Counted from the stretch's first letter, positions 1-9,704 are shown. The stretch is DNA of 64,000 nt from Planctomycetota bacterium (GCA_013911165.1 JACETR010000003.1:170-64169), one strand, 5' to 3'. Program-made: numbers and translations. Notes: generated by a model not told the origin, from the letters alone.

Positions 1-19
1 ATCTGTTCTCAAAAGTGCC

Positions 20-634
20 GTGGTGATCGTCGCCTTGTCCTCTTTTCTGGCATTGACGACCAACGCCCTGAGGTCTTCCGGTTCTATCGATCTTTCCAGA
101 AACTACTTCCGTACCTTGCAGGCACCGGTAAATCCGGTGCAGGAACAGGATTCGAACGGGAGTAACTCTGAGGTCAACCCTGCAGGAAATACCGGCGAAA
201 GCATTTCTGATCAGGACACCACTTCCGGCCAGGAGGAAGCCCAGCCCGATGATGGTATCCAGAGGCTCACTTTCGAAGATGTGCATGATCACTTCATGAC
301 CGCTGAAGAGATGGTGGGCATGGGGGAATCCATCGTTGCTTTTGTGGATGCGAGGGTGCGTGATCAATATGAAGAGGGTCATATTCCGGGAGCTCTCTGG
401 CTCTATCATTACGAGTCGGGAGACTTGATTGATGCCTTGCGTCCCCAGTTGGAGATGGCTTTCTTCATCATCGTCTACTGCAACGGCGGGGACTGTGAAG
501 ACAGTTTGTATCTGGCAGCGGATCTGGGATCCCTCTACGGATTGCCACCGGAAAACATCTATGTCTATGAAGGTGGGTTCAACGAGTGGAAAGAGCGGGA
601 AATGCCCGTCGTCACTGGATCGGAGGCTCGCTGA
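20..634 (+). CDS. Rhodanese-domain (sulfurtransferase-like) protein with an N-terminal hydrophobic segment; may be 5'-truncated by the window edge
   Basis: ORF track 20..634 (GTG start); the frame stays open back to base 2. The C-terminal half (VDARVRDQYEEGHIPGALWL...IIVYCNGGDCEDS) fits the rhodanese fold with an active-site-loop Cys. Its TGA overlaps the next start codon (TGATG, 632-636). Confidence 0.75.
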   Translation: MVIVALSSFLALTTNALRSSGSIDLSRNYFRTLQAPVNPVQEQDSNGSNSEVNPAGNTGESISDQDTTSGQEEAQPDDGIQRLTFEDVHDHFMTAEEMVGMGESIVAFVDARVRDQYEEGHIPGALWLYHYESGDLIDALRPQLEMAFFIIVYCNGGDCEDSLYLAADLGSLYGLPPENIYVYEGGFNEWKEREMPVVTGSEAR

Positions 635-1128
635 TGGATGCCCTGAAGCGCCTGGATGCCACAGGATTCCCACTGTTGTTGGCCCGCATCGTGGTTGGGT
701 TTGTTTTTCTTTCCTACGGAATTGAAAAGGTCTCGGACCCTCTCGCCTTCCTCAAAAGTATCAAGAACTACGATTTGCTGCCTCTGGAGCCGACATGGTT
801 CATCAACAGCATTGCCGTCATTTTGCCATTCACTGAGATCGTTTGTGGCCTTGCATTATTGTCGGGGGTCGGCTTGAGAGCGGGCGGAGCCATCACTTCG
901 CTGATGTTGATGGCTTTTACTCCTGCAGTCTATTTGCTGGGCAGCAGTCTTGTTGGTACGACTGCCGAGTTTGATTCGCTTTGTAATGTGGTGGCCGATT
1001 GTGGCTGCGGATCCGGTGCGATTCCCATCTGCAACAAGCTTCTGGAAAATTGCGGGATGCTGATCCTGTCGCTTTGGGCAACCTTCAGCATGTCGAGCAA
1101 GTTTCGCGGCGGTTTGAGTACCGGATAA
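634..1128 (+). CDS. MauE/DoxX-family redox-associated integral membrane protein
   Basis: Taken from ORF 586..1128 using the internal ATG at 634, which overlaps the rhodanese stop. MDALKRLDATGFPLLLARIVVGFVFLSYGIEK... has several hydrophobic helices and a CGCGSG Cys cluster typical of MauE/DoxX proteins. Pairing with a rhodanese gene is common for this family. Confidence 0.75.
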   Translation: MDALKRLDATGFPLLLARIVVGFVFLSYGIEKVSDPLAFLKSIKNYDLLPLEPTWFINSIAVILPFTEIVCGLALLSGVGLRAGGAITSLMLMAFTPAVYLLGSSLVGTTAEFDSLCNVVADCGCGSGAIPICNKLLENCGMLILSLWATFSMSSKFRGGLSTG

Positions 1129-1152
1129 TCCGGTGGAAGGGTGGTTCGCCCT

Positions 1153-2256
1153 TCACTCTTTCTCAAGAAGTCGCTGGATCGTTGCCTCGAGCAATCCTTC
1201 GCCTCCGGCACCGACTCGCACCCATGCGATGTCGCCCTTTTTGTCGATCAGCACCACCATGGGAATGCCTCCGACCCGGTAGGAATCGAATCCCTGTTTA
1301 CCCGTGACCACGTAGGGGTACTCGACGCCGAAGCGGCGACGGAACTCGAGCAGGTGTTGCAGGAACGCTTCACGCGTCATCCCGCGCACGGTTTGGCCCC
1401 GCTGCTTGTTGTCTTTCTCTGGCAACCAGCCCTGGGCGTAAGGCTTGGTGACACCCAGTATCTGCAATCCCTTGTCGGCCCAGTGTTTCTGGATCTCGTC
1501 CAGTCCGGGCATCAACATGCGACAGGGCCCGCACCAAGTAGCCCAGAAATCGAGAAGGATCACCTTTCCCTTCATCGATTGAAGGCTTTGTTTTTTACCA
1601 CCAAACCAGGTGGTACTGCCGAGGCTGGGCGCTTTCTTGCCGAGCAGTGCCAAACGCACCGCCGAGTTTCTGCGAGCTCGAGCCTCGTCTCCGTGATTGT
1701 TGAGATCGTCGGTGAGGCGACTCCAGGCGCGTTTGGCAGGAAGAACTTCCCCGAGGGCCGCTTTCAGATCTCCGTTGAGTAGCCACGCTTCGCGAATCTC
1801 GACACTGCCCGGGCTGAGATAGGGAATTCCTTTGTCGAGGACTGCGAGAGCATCTTCGATCTGGCCCATTTCGGAATAGGACTGGGACAGGGGAAGAATC
1901 GTCCGGGTGGCGATCTTTCTTTGCGGTTCTTCTCCTGCGAGATTTTCATCGAGGATGGTTTTGAGAACCTCAACCGCTTTGGAAAATCTCTGGTTCAACT
2001 GGTGATCTTGACCGACCACTCTCTGGCAACCGAGGCGCAGGAGAGCATGCTCTTCACCGGGGATCAGAGTTAAGATGTCTTGATCACCGATTTCCTTGAG
2101 CAAGTTTCGGCGGTGCCGCATCACTCCCGAGAGATCACCCTTGTCTTCAGCCTGAATCAGGGAGTTGTAATGTCTGGTGATTTCTTCAACAGGGCCGATA
2201 GAAGAAGGCTGAGGCGACAGAGTCAAAATCATCAATGTGACGAGTAGTGTATTCAC
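1153..2256 (-). CDS. TlpA/ResA-like thioredoxin-fold thiol:disulfide oxidoreductase with an N-terminal helical (TPR-like) region
   Basis: ORF 1153..2325 (-). It carries a WATWCGPC (CxxC) thioredoxin motif followed by a TlpA-like C-terminal domain. I prefer the GTG at 2256 ([13 protein letters not shown] signal/anchor), which is preceded by GGAGGA (complement of 2260-2265). The 2325 GTG is the alternative start. Confidence 0.8.
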   Translation of the reverse strand: MNTLLVTLMILTLSPQPSSIGPVEEITRHYNSLIQAEDKGDLSGVMRHRRNLLKEIGDQDILTLIPGEEHALLRLGCQRVVGQDHQLNQRFSKAVEVLKTILDENLAGEEPQRKIATRTILPLSQSYSEMGQIEDALAVLDKGIPYLSPGSVEIREAWLLNGDLKAALGEVLPAKRAWSRLTDDLNNHGDEARARRNSAVRLALLGKKAPSLGSTTWFGGKKQSLQSMKGKVILLDFWATWCGPCRMLMPGLDEIQKHWADKGLQILGVTKPYAQGWLPEKDNKQRGQTVRGMTREAFLQHLLEFRRRFGVEYPYVVTGKQGFDSYRVGGIPMVVLIDKKGDIAWVRVGAGGEGLLEATIQRLLEKE

Positions 2257-2392
2257 AGGTCCTCCGCTGACAGTGATTCTTGTGTCCCTATCATAGAATT
2301 TTTGAGAGTCATTTGTCGATATCACTGTGAAAACCCTGAATACTTCGGGGAGCGGTCCGCTTCCAGAGGCCAGAGCAAATAAAGGAGGAGTG

Positions 2393-3472
2393 ATGGTGAA
2401 AACGGTTCTGTTGGTCGGATGGTTGGCGTTGCTGGGTTCTTTCCCTCAGCAATCTTTGCCAAATACCGACGATCCGGCAAAAAAACCGCAGGTTTCCAAA
2501 GAACACGAACGCCTGGCTCAGGAGCAGGGGCTCTTCCGCTGGAAAGGGAAACTTGATTACACGTTTGGTCGGGTTGACCCACTGACCGGAGAGAAAGGGC
2601 CCAAGTACATTTCTCTGCAGGGAGAATCAACTTCACAGATGATCTTGGGTGAGCAGTTCCTGCTGACTCGGACCCTGACTCAGGGGAAGAAAACTCCTGA
2701 ATACCAGATCCGGGGTTACCGGAGCGATCTGAAACAGTACTTCGTCATCGTGATGGAGGAGTTACGGACACCTTTTTCCTACCGGTCCGGGAAAGAAGAG
2801 AAGGGGGAAAGAATTCTGAAGGATCCCTCAGGGTATGTGACCGAGGTCACTCGGTTTGATGCGGATGACCAAAGCAGTGAGAGCGAGATCTTTCTGGGAG
2901 AGGCGAAAACGCCCTTCCTTACCCTGAGTTCCGAACCGAAAAAAGGCAGGACTACCGACCTTTGGGCAAGCCTGATGGCTGCGAAACCGATTCCGAGGGT
3001 GGTCAATACATCCGACGAGCGCGATGATCCCGCAGAGAACTATTCCCCTGAGCATCAGCTTTTTCACAAGTTTGCAGGAGACATGACTACAGAGTCGGAA
3101 GAAGTTCTGCCACGGGCGGGGAGAATCATCTGTGACGGTCGTTTTCTGGCTCTTCTCAACGTTTCAGATATCAAGAATAAAAGCGTGTCCAGTCTCACCC
3201 TGATCGGATTCGACAGCACCAGGGGGGCTTTCCAAATGTTCGTGCTTCACGATAAAAGTCCAAACCCGGAATATTACGAGGGCGATTTCGATGGTGTGAC
3301 TCTGACCTTTCGCAATCCTTTCGCCGGGGAGGGTAAGGCAGATCAACCGGTACTGATTTACAACTTTGTGGCCAGAGGGCCCGGTTTCACGGAGACCGAT
3401 TTGCGCACCGAAGCGGGAAAGAAGGCGGAGCCGGTACTCTTTAAACCGAGTCGCAATTTTCGCAGAAAGTAA
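2393..3472 (+). CDS. Secreted hypothetical protein, possibly two tandem DUF1579-like beta-barrel halves
   Basis: ORF 2327..3472. The internal ATG at 2393 follows AAGGAGG (2382-2388) and gives a signal-like N-terminus, [18 protein letters not shown] recognise no catalytic motif. The domain guess rests only on a weak internal duplication pattern. Confidence 0.6.
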   Translation: MVKTVLLVGWLALLGSFPQQSLPNTDDPAKKPQVSKEHERLAQEQGLFRWKGKLDYTFGRVDPLTGEKGPKYISLQGESTSQMILGEQFLLTRTLTQGKKTPEYQIRGYRSDLKQYFVIVMEELRTPFSYRSGKEEKGERILKDPSGYVTEVTRFDADDQSSESEIFLGEAKTPFLTLSSEPKKGRTTDLWASLMAAKPIPRVVNTSDERDDPAENYSPEHQLFHKFAGDMTTESEEVLPRAGRIICDGRFLALLNVSDIKNKSVSSLTLIGFDSTRGAFQMFVLHDKSPNPEYYEGDFDGVTLTFRNPFAGEGKADQPVLIYNFVARGPGFTETDLRTEAGKKAEPVLFKPSRNFRRK

Positions 3473-3485
3473 TCCGCAGCAGTTC

Positions 3486-3531
3486 AAAAAAACAGGCCCG
3501 CACTCCCGAAGGGTGTGCGGGCCTGTTCCGT
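3486..3531. terminator. Bidirectional intrinsic terminator between the convergent hypothetical gene and katG
   Basis: An A7 tract (3486-3492) precedes the stem caggcccgcac (3493-3503), which pairs with gtgcgggcctg (3515-3525). Read on the minus strand, the hairpin is followed by U7, so it terminates katG. On the plus strand the downstream T-run is weaker. Confidence 0.65.
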
Positions 3532-3550
3532 TTGATGATCAGTAGCGATC

Positions 3551-5746
3551 TCAGGAGAGATCGAAGCGATCTGCGTTCATGACCTTGTTCCAGGCGCTGA
3601 CGAAGTCGGCGACAAACTGATCTGACCCATCGTCGGAGGCGTAGACCTCGGAGATGGCGCGCAACTGGGAATTGGATCCGAAGACCAGGTCCACTGCGGA
3701 GGCGCGCCACTTCGGCTCGCCACTGTTGCTATCACTGCCCTCGTAGAGATGCTCGCAGCGCTCGGAGACCTGCCACTTCGTTCCCACGTCGAGCAGGTTG
3801 ACGAAGAAGTCGTTGCTCAGAACACCGGGGCGATCGGTGAAGACACCGAACTCGGTGTGGCCTGTGTTGGCATTGAGAGCTCTCAGTCCACCGACGAGAA
3901 CCGTCATTTCCGGCACACTCAGACCCAGCATTTGCGCACGGTCCACCAGCAACTCTTCCGAGGAACGGGTGCATGCTGCGGAGTAGTAGTTACGGAAACC
4001 ATCCGCCTGCGGTTCCAGCACAGCGAAGGAATCCACATCAGTGTGCTCGGCAGTGGCGTCGGTACGGCCAGGAGTGAAGGGCACGTTGACGGTGTGTCCA
4101 CCGGCAGCCGCGGCCGCTTCGACTGCGGCACAGCCTGCGAGGACGATCATGTCCGCCGTGGAGATCTGCTTGCCACCGGAGTGGGCATTGTTGAACTCAC
4201 TGCGAATGCCTTCGAGGGACTCGAGGACCTCGGCCAGCTGTGACGGGTTGTTCGCTTCCCAGTACTTCTGCGGGGCCAACTGGATACGGGCGCCGTTGGC
4301 ACCTCCGCGGTTATCGGTTCCACGGAAGGTGGAGGCGGAAGCCCATGCGGTGGCGACCAGCTTTTCACCGGCGATACCGGAGGCGTTGACCTTGGCCTTG
4401 AGTGAGGCCACGTCATCATCGTTGATCAGCTCGTGATCGACAGCGGGGACCGGGTCCTGCCAGATCAGGGCTTCGGCTGGAACCTGGGTACCGTAGCAAC
4501 GGCTGATGGGGCCCATGTCGCGGTGGGTCAACTTGTACCAGGCGCGGGCAAAGGCATCGGCGAACTGGTCCGGGTTCTCGAGGAAGTTCTTCGAGATGGG
4601 GCCGTAAGCCTGATCCTCACGCAGGGCAAGGTCGGTGGTAAACATCACCGGAGCATGACGCTTGCTGGAATCATGGGCATCCGGCACGGTGCCATCGGCG
4701 GCAGCATCTGTGGGGATCCACTGGGTCGCGCCGGCAGGGCTCTTCGTCTGCTTCCACTCGTAACCGAAGAGGTTCTCGAAGTAGTTGTTGTCCCACTGAA
4801 CCGGGTTGGTGGTCCAGGCACCTTCGAGGCCACTGGTGATGGCGTCGCCACCTTTTCCACTGCCGTAGCTGCTCATCCAGCCCATGCCCATATTCTCGGT
4901 CGGTGCGCCTTCCGGCTCAGGACCGACATGGGAATCGGGTGCGGCACCGTGGGCCTTGCCGAAGGTGTGTCCACCGGCGATCAGGGCGACGGTTTCCTCG
5001 TCATTCATCGCCATGCGACCGAAGGTCTCACGAATATCCTTGGCAGCGGCGATGGGATTCGGATTGCCATTAGGGCCTTCCGGGTTGACATAGATCAGAC
5101 CCATCTGCACGGCACCGAGGTGACCTTCCAGCTCGCGGTCGCCACTGTAGCGTTCGTCGGCAAGCCACTCCGTCTCGGATCCCCAATAGATGTCGTCTTC
5201 CGGCTCGAAGACATCCTGACGGCCTCCTGAGAAACCGAAGGTCTTGAAACCCATCGACTCGAGGGCGCAGTTGCCGGTGTAGACCATCAGGTCTGCCCAG
5301 GACAGGCTGCGGCCGTACTTCTTCTTCACGGGCCAAAGCAACATGCGTGCCTTGTCGAGGTTGGCATTGTCGGGCCAGCTGTTGAGGGGAGCGAAACGCA
5401 GGGTTCCGGCTCCCGCACCACCACGACCATCACCGATGCGGTAGGTACCCGCACTGTGCCAGGCCATGCGGATGAAGAGAGGTCCGTAGTGACCGTAGTC
5501 TGCGGGCCACCACTCCTGTGAAGTGGTCATCACTTCCTCGATGTCCTTGCTCAGTTCTTCCAGATCGACATTTTTGAACTCTTCAACGTAGTTGAAGGTG
5601 TCGTTCATGGGGCTCACTTGCGGTGCGTTCTGGTTGAGCACCTTGAGGTTGAGTTGATTCGGCCACCAACGCTGGTTTGCGCTGGTGCTGGCAGCGATGT
5701 GCTGCTGCGGGCCACCCATTGCGGGGCACTTGCTGATATCGCTCAT
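3551..5746 (-). CDS. katG: Catalase-peroxidase
   Basis: ORF 3551..5773 (-). Full-length KatG pattern: [31 protein letters not shown], and a duplicated peroxidase C-domain. Start taken at MSDISKCP (ATG ending at 5746), preceded by AGGAGA. Confidence 0.95.
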   Translation of the reverse strand: MSDISKCPAMGGPQQHIAASTSANQRWWPNQLNLKVLNQNAPQVSPMNDTFNYVEEFKNVDLEELSKDIEEVMTTSQEWWPADYGHYGPLFIRMAWHSAGTYRIGDGRGGAGAGTLRFAPLNSWPDNANLDKARMLLWPVKKKYGRSLSWADLMVYTGNCALESMGFKTFGFSGGRQDVFEPEDDIYWGSETEWLADERYSGDRELEGHLGAVQMGLIYVNPEGPNGNPNPIAAAKDIRETFGRMAMNDEETVALIAGGHTFGKAHGAAPDSHVGPEPEGAPTENMGMGWMSSYGSGKGGDAITSGLEGAWTTNPVQWDNNYFENLFGYEWKQTKSPAGATQWIPTDAAADGTVPDAHDSSKRHAPVMFTTDLALREDQAYGPISKNFLENPDQFADAFARAWYKLTHRDMGPISRCYGTQVPAEALIWQDPVPAVDHELINDDDVASLKAKVNASGIAGEKLVATAWASASTFRGTDNRGGANGARIQLAPQKYWEANNPSQLAEVLESLEGIRSEFNNAHSGGKQISTADMIVLAGCAAVEAAAAAGGHTVNVPFTPGRTDATAEHTDVDSFAVLEPQADGFRNYYSAACTRSSEELLVDRAQMLGLSVPEMTVLVGGLRALNANTGHTEFGVFTDRPGVLSNDFFVNLLDVGTKWQVSERCEHLYEGSDSNSGEPKWRASAVDLVFGSNSQLRAISEVYASDDGSDQFVADFVSAWNKVMNADRFDLS

Positions 5747-5994
5747 CCGTTCTCCTGTCTGTCCCCTCGACATTTGAGAGGGGAATTGAATGTTGGTTTG
5801 GGAGCCTCCGAGTTACGGCAGGCACCGCTGCGCACGATCCATCGATATCCCCAAGGATCTTTGACACAGGCCCTTTATGCTACCTTCCGCCATTCACGCG
5901 GAACAACCGAAAACCGACCGACTTTCCGGTCTACGGAGCCTTCTTTCGGGAACTTGGGATCGGGAGAGCCGCATTTTCCAGAATCAGCCAAGGC

Positions 5995-6014
5995 TCATGA
6001 CCTCCGGGTCATGA
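5995..6014. promoter_or_regulatory. Perfect 8-bp inverted repeat (TCATGACC-N4-GGTCATGA) in the katG / EEP-gene divergent intergenic region
   Basis: Read directly from the sequence: tcatgacc (5995-6002), tccg, ggtcatga (6007-6014). It lies ~250 nt upstream of katG and ~155 nt upstream of the 6170 start. An operator role is only a guess. Confidence 0.25.
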
Positions 6015-6169
6015 TCTTTTCTCACCTTTGCAGGCAGGGCCCCTGATTAAGGGATCGAAATGCCTGAGGCATCACTTAAAATAGGAATCACTATTTTGAA
6101 TGATCGATCAGCAGGCTGTGGGTGATCACCCGCAGTTTTCAGGGGACGTCGGAAGCAGAGGCAGTTTCA

Positions 6170-8614
6170 ATGTGGGCACGAAGATTCCCGGTGGTTCTGG
6201 CCAGTTTCCTGGGAGCCATGTTGTGGGCCGCAATTCCCTCATTTGCCCAGTCAGGCAATGAGGCCTGTTCCTCTCCCGGAATCACTTTTGGTGGAGAGAC
6301 GGGGACTCCCGTTTCGATTTCCGATTCGATCCAGATCAACGACAGCCTGATCATCGAAGACTTGCACGTTCGGGTGGACATTAGCCACGGCTTTGTTGCC
6401 GATCTGCTCGTCGATCTGAATTCGCCAACGGGCACCACTCTCCGGCTTCATGACGGCCTGGGAGGAGACCTCGATGATCTGCGGGTCATCTTCAGCGATG
6501 ACGGGGTGGCCAACGGGGCGGTGACCTATGACTTCGGCTGTTACATGCAGCCATCGAACGGACTCCTGAGTGTCTTCAGCGGTCAGAATACCCAGGGGGT
6601 GTGGACCCTGAATGTGGAGGATGATTTTCCTGCCAACAGTGATGGAGTCCTCAACAGCTGGTGCCTGCGATTCTTCAACTCGCCCGTCTCGGTTTTGCCG
6701 GCTGTGCAAAACTTTGCCTGCACTCCCACTCAGGACGGGGCCGTGCTCTCCTGGGATAACCCCCAGCCCTTCGGTTCCATCGAACTGACGGTCAACGGAA
6801 CAGTCCTGTCATTACCGGGAAGTACGACGACCCACACCCTCAATGGAGTTGCACCGGGAACCCTGTTGGAAATCTCTGTTGTGGGTGCAGTGGCACCTCC
6901 CGGTCAATCGGTTTCCTGTGCGGAAGTCTGTGCGGTGACCACCCTGAATGGCCCCCCGACCCAGGTGGCGGTGACCATCGACGAACAGTACGACGACTGG
7001 AGTGGTGTCATACCTCTACAGGACCCGATCGGGGATGCGGTTCCCGGCGGCCACGATCTGCTGTCCCTTTCCGTGGCCGATGATGACGAGTCCCTGTTTC
7101 TTCGTTTCGATTTTGCCGGGCCGGAAGTGCAGCTTGATGAAGGGGACACACTGATTCTCTACATCGATACCGATGCCAATCCCAACACGGGGCTGGCCAT
7201 CTCCGGGATCGGTGCCGAAGTGGAATGGGATTTTGGGGCCAGGCAGGGAACCGTGAGATCCGGGGGAGCGACCTTTCCGATCAGCCATGCGGATGTGGGC
7301 CTCGTCGCCGCACCCACCGTCTCGGGAACCCAGTTTGAAATCAGTCTTCGCAGAAACTCGCCACTGATCTCACTGGGATCGGAAGTTCGGGTGCTGTTGT
7401 GTGACGACCGACCCGGGGGAGATTGTCTTCCCGATTCAGGTGGGCTCTTTCACCCGCTGGCTCTGGGCCAATTACCTCCGGATGCCGAGATTCCCCTGAC
7501 CCGGGAGCAGGCATCCGATCTGCGGGTCGTGAGTTACAACGTTCTCACCGATAACCCGTGGCAGGGGCAGGGGAATCGGATCGGCCGACAGTTGGCGGCG
7601 GTGGCAGCGGATATCTACTGTTTTCAGGAGATCTACAATCACACACCGGCTGAAACCGCCTCTTATGTGAGTTCATGGGTGAGCCCCAGCGGCGGTGGGA
7701 ACTGGTTCAGTGCCGGTCAGTCCGACTGCATCTTTGTCAGCCGCTTCCCGATTCTGCAGACCTGGGCCCTGTCGGGGAACAGTGCGGCATGGATCGATAC
7801 CTCCAGTGAGTGGGGGGTACCGACGATGGTGATCAACGCCCACCTTCCCTGCTGTGCCAATGAATCGGGCCGGCAGAACGAATGTGATCAGATTGCCGCG
7901 TTTATTCGTGATCAGCGCCTGGCAGGGCTGCTTTCGACCCACCCGGAGGCGGCGGTGCTGATTGTGGGGGATATGAACTTTGTCGGCGAATCCCGTCAGC
8001 GGACGACCCTGTTGACCGGGGACATTCTCGACGAGACCCAATGGGGCTGGGACTACCCCATGGATGCAGATGGATCCGATCTCATCGATACCAAATCGCG
8101 CCATGTCGCCCGACGTCAAATCTACACCTGGCGCAACGACAACGGCAGTTACTCCCCCGGTTATCTGGATTACATCATCTATTCCGATTCGGTTCTGGAG
8201 CTGGGGCGCCATTATGTGCTTCTGACCGATGAGATGTCGAACAGCTCACTCGTGCAGAATGGACTGCAGTTTGATGATTCGAACGGGTCAGATCATCTGC
8301 TGGTGGTGGCGGATTTCCGCCCTCTGGCAGCTGATACGCTGTTTCGTCGGGGAGACTGCAACGCTGACGGGTCTCTCAATATTTCCGATGCGGTCGCTTC
8401 TCTGCTCACCCTCTTTGGCGGCGGAGCTCCTCCCAGTTGTCAGGATTCCTGCGATGCGAATGACGATGGCACCCTGGATGTGTCGGATCCGGTGACGCTG
8501 CTGGGAATGCTCTTCTCAGGTTTTGGCGATCTGCCCGCACCGGGACCGCAGAACTGTGGGGCCGATCCCACCAGTGATGCACTGGACTGCTCCACCTTCA
8601 GCGGTTGTCCCTGA
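6170..8614 (+). CDS. Secreted multidomain protein: proprotein-convertase P-domain, Ig/Fn3-like region, endonuclease/exonuclease/phosphatase (EEP) domain and C-terminal dockerin-like module
   Basis: ORF 6122..8614, with the start moved to ATG 6170 (MWARRFPVVLASFLGAMLWAAIPSFAQ signal peptide). P-domain pattern: IEDLHVRVDISHGFVADLLVDLNSPTGTTLRLHD...GVWTLNVEDDFPANSDGVLNSWCLRF. EEP motifs: LRVVSYNVL, CFQEI, GDMNF, SDHLLVVADF. The dockerin-like tail starts at FRRGDCNADGSLNISD. Confidence 0.85.
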   Translation: MWARRFPVVLASFLGAMLWAAIPSFAQSGNEACSSPGITFGGETGTPVSISDSIQINDSLIIEDLHVRVDISHGFVADLLVDLNSPTGTTLRLHDGLGGDLDDLRVIFSDDGVANGAVTYDFGCYMQPSNGLLSVFSGQNTQGVWTLNVEDDFPANSDGVLNSWCLRFFNSPVSVLPAVQNFACTPTQDGAVLSWDNPQPFGSIELTVNGTVLSLPGSTTTHTLNGVAPGTLLEISVVGAVAPPGQSVSCAEVCAVTTLNGPPTQVAVTIDEQYDDWSGVIPLQDPIGDAVPGGHDLLSLSVADDDESLFLRFDFAGPEVQLDEGDTLILYIDTDANPNTGLAISGIGAEVEWDFGARQGTVRSGGATFPISHADVGLVAAPTVSGTQFEISLRRNSPLISLGSEVRVLLCDDRPGGDCLPDSGGLFHPLALGQLPPDAEIPLTREQASDLRVVSYNVLTDNPWQGQGNRIGRQLAAVAADIYCFQEIYNHTPAETASYVSSWVSPSGGGNWFSAGQSDCIFVSRFPILQTWALSGNSAAWIDTSSEWGVPTMVINAHLPCCANESGRQNECDQIAAFIRDQRLAGLLSTHPEAAVLIVGDMNFVGESRQRTTLLTGDILDETQWGWDYPMDADGSDLIDTKSRHVARRQIYTWRNDNGSYSPGYLDYIIYSDSVLELGRHYVLLTDEMSNSSLVQNGLQFDDSNGSDHLLVVADFRPLAADTLFRRGDCNADGSLNISDAVASLLTLFGGGAPPSCQDSCDANDDGTLDVSDPVTLLGMLFSGFGDLPAPGPQNCGADPTSDALDCSTFSGCP
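8342..8611 (+). other. Dockerin-like module with Cys-rich tail (on the EEP protein)
   Basis: FRRGDCNADGSLNISDAVASLLTLF...SCQDSCDANDDGTLDVSDPVTLLGMLF...NCGADPTSDALDCSTFSGCP-stop. This is two EF-hand-like DxNxDG loops, each followed by a helix, then a conserved Cys tail. Confidence 0.7.
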
Positions 8615-8620
8615 TCGAGA

Positions 8621-9364
8621 TCATCGTTCTGCAATGCGTGGGATCTGCAATTCCGCACTGTGCAGCTGAATCGCGTCGACATGGCCCGATCGGGACCCTG
8701 AAACCACATGAAGGTGGCTGTTGTGCAGGTGGTGGGTCAGTTTTCCGGCGGATTTCTCAACATAGATTCCGACCAGTTCCAGAGGTTCCTCGATAATGGA
8801 ACCGCGCCAGGGAGGGATTCCCTGAGGGTCGGCAATGGGGCAGGAACCGGCAATCACGTGAAAATCGACGCGTCCTGCGACTCCACGGACCTTGACAGGA
8901 GTCGGCTTCAGAAGATCGAATCCGCGTTCCTTCAAGACTGCTGAAACTTTCTTTTCCATTTCAGAGTAGGTGGCACAGGGCCCCAGCTTTACCGATTCCC
9001 AGTGGGGAACCTCGGCGATGACAAGAAGTGTCGCCTGATCAGACTTCAGGAGATTTCGGGAGTGGGAGACTTGTTGATCGGATGAAGGATCAGTCGACCC
9101 TGAGGCGATGAAAGCGATTCCATCGATGAGGGTGATTTCTCCTTCGAGATTTGCCAGAGCCCCCACACCGATAGAGTTCGGGGTCACCACTTCAGCCAGA
9201 GGGACCCTGCCGGAAATTTTTCCCTCTTTCATAACCGCTCTCATACTGCCCCAGGTTTTGACCTCATAGTTGACGCCAGAAACCACCTTGTCCGGGCTCG
9301 AGGTACAGCTGGGCAGGAGAAGTGAGAGCAAAACAAGCAGGCAGAGAAGGCGGTGAATCACCAA
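8621..9364 (-). CDS. Alpha-acetolactate decarboxylase-family lipoprotein
   Basis: ORF 8621..9364 (-), TTG start. The lipobox-like LLLPSC is followed by GVGALANLEGEITLIDGIAFI and HLHVVSGSRSGHVDAIQLHSAELQI. These resemble the ALDC motifs G(L/I)GT...DGE(M/L)I..DG and HLHF...GGHVLD. Assignment is by motif memory only. Confidence 0.6.
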   Translation of the reverse strand: MVIHRLLCLLVLLSLLLPSCTSSPDKVVSGVNYEVKTWGSMRAVMKEGKISGRVPLAEVVTPNSIGVGALANLEGEITLIDGIAFIASGSTDPSSDQQVSHSRNLLKSDQATLLVIAEVPHWESVKLGPCATYSEMEKKVSAVLKERGFDLLKPTPVKVRGVAGRVDFHVIAGSCPIADPQGIPPWRGSIIEEPLELVGIYVEKSAGKLTHHLHNSHLHVVSGSRSGHVDAIQLHSAELQIPRIAER

Positions 9365-9399
9365 GTTCTGAAGCTTCCTGTGAAGAGGAGCGAAAAATG

Positions 9400-9473
9400 C
9401 GTCCCCGGCAGGATTCGAACCTGCGACCTTCGGATTAGGAATCCGATGCTCTATCCAGCTGAGCTACGGGGAC
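9400..9473 (-). tRNA. tRNA-Arg (anticodon CCT)
   Basis: The reverse complement reads GTCCCCGTAGCTCAGCTGGATAGAGCATCGGATTCCTAATCCGAAGGTCGCAGGTTCGAATCCTGCCGGGGACG. The 7-bp acceptor stem is GTCCCCG/CGGGGAC. The anticodon stem is TCGGA/TCCGA with loop TTCCTAA. A GGTTCGAATCC T-loop is present. CCA is not encoded. Confidence 0.9.
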
Positions 9474-9602
9474 AGCCTGAATCATGACTAACCATCACAA
9501 CCTGACCCGGGAGCGTATCGCCTTTGTCGAGATGGGTCGAGACGAACGGTAATTCATCTGCCAAATGCGACCGTTGTCGCAAAGGGTTCGATCCACGCCA
9601 TA

Positions 9603-9652
9603 TTGACAACGGCTCTTCTCTCATTGTCAAAAACTAACTAAATCAATACATT
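9603..9652 (+). promoter_or_regulatory. Inverted repeat TTGACAA-N14-TTGTCAA overlapping a possible sigma70-like promoter (TTGTCA-N17-TACATT) upstream of giant gene 1
   Basis: ttgacaa (9603-9609) and ttgtcaa (9624-9630) are exact reverse complements. TTGTCA (9624-9629), a 17-nt spacer and TACATT (9647-9652) lie in an AT-rich stretch ~55 nt upstream of the ATG at 9705. Promoter rules for this lineage are uncertain. Confidence 0.25.
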
Positions 9653-9704
9653 TAGTGGATCGGGAGAACTATAAAACTCTTCAATTTAATGGGGGAGAGA
9701 CCCA

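Noticed and set aside
429-1307. Overlapping small ORFs 429..725, 656..877, 930..1211(-) and 999..1307.
   Set aside because: They are alternative frames of the rhodanese, MauE/DoxX and TlpA-like genes, and have no independent support.
9400-9704. tRNA-Arg next to a giant adhesin gene, as a possible genomic-island integration site.
   Set aside because: No integrase or recombinase gene is present. I could find no direct repeat of the tRNA 3' end downstream in the window. Housekeeping genes resume after the giant gene. Evidence for horizontal acquisition is insufficient.
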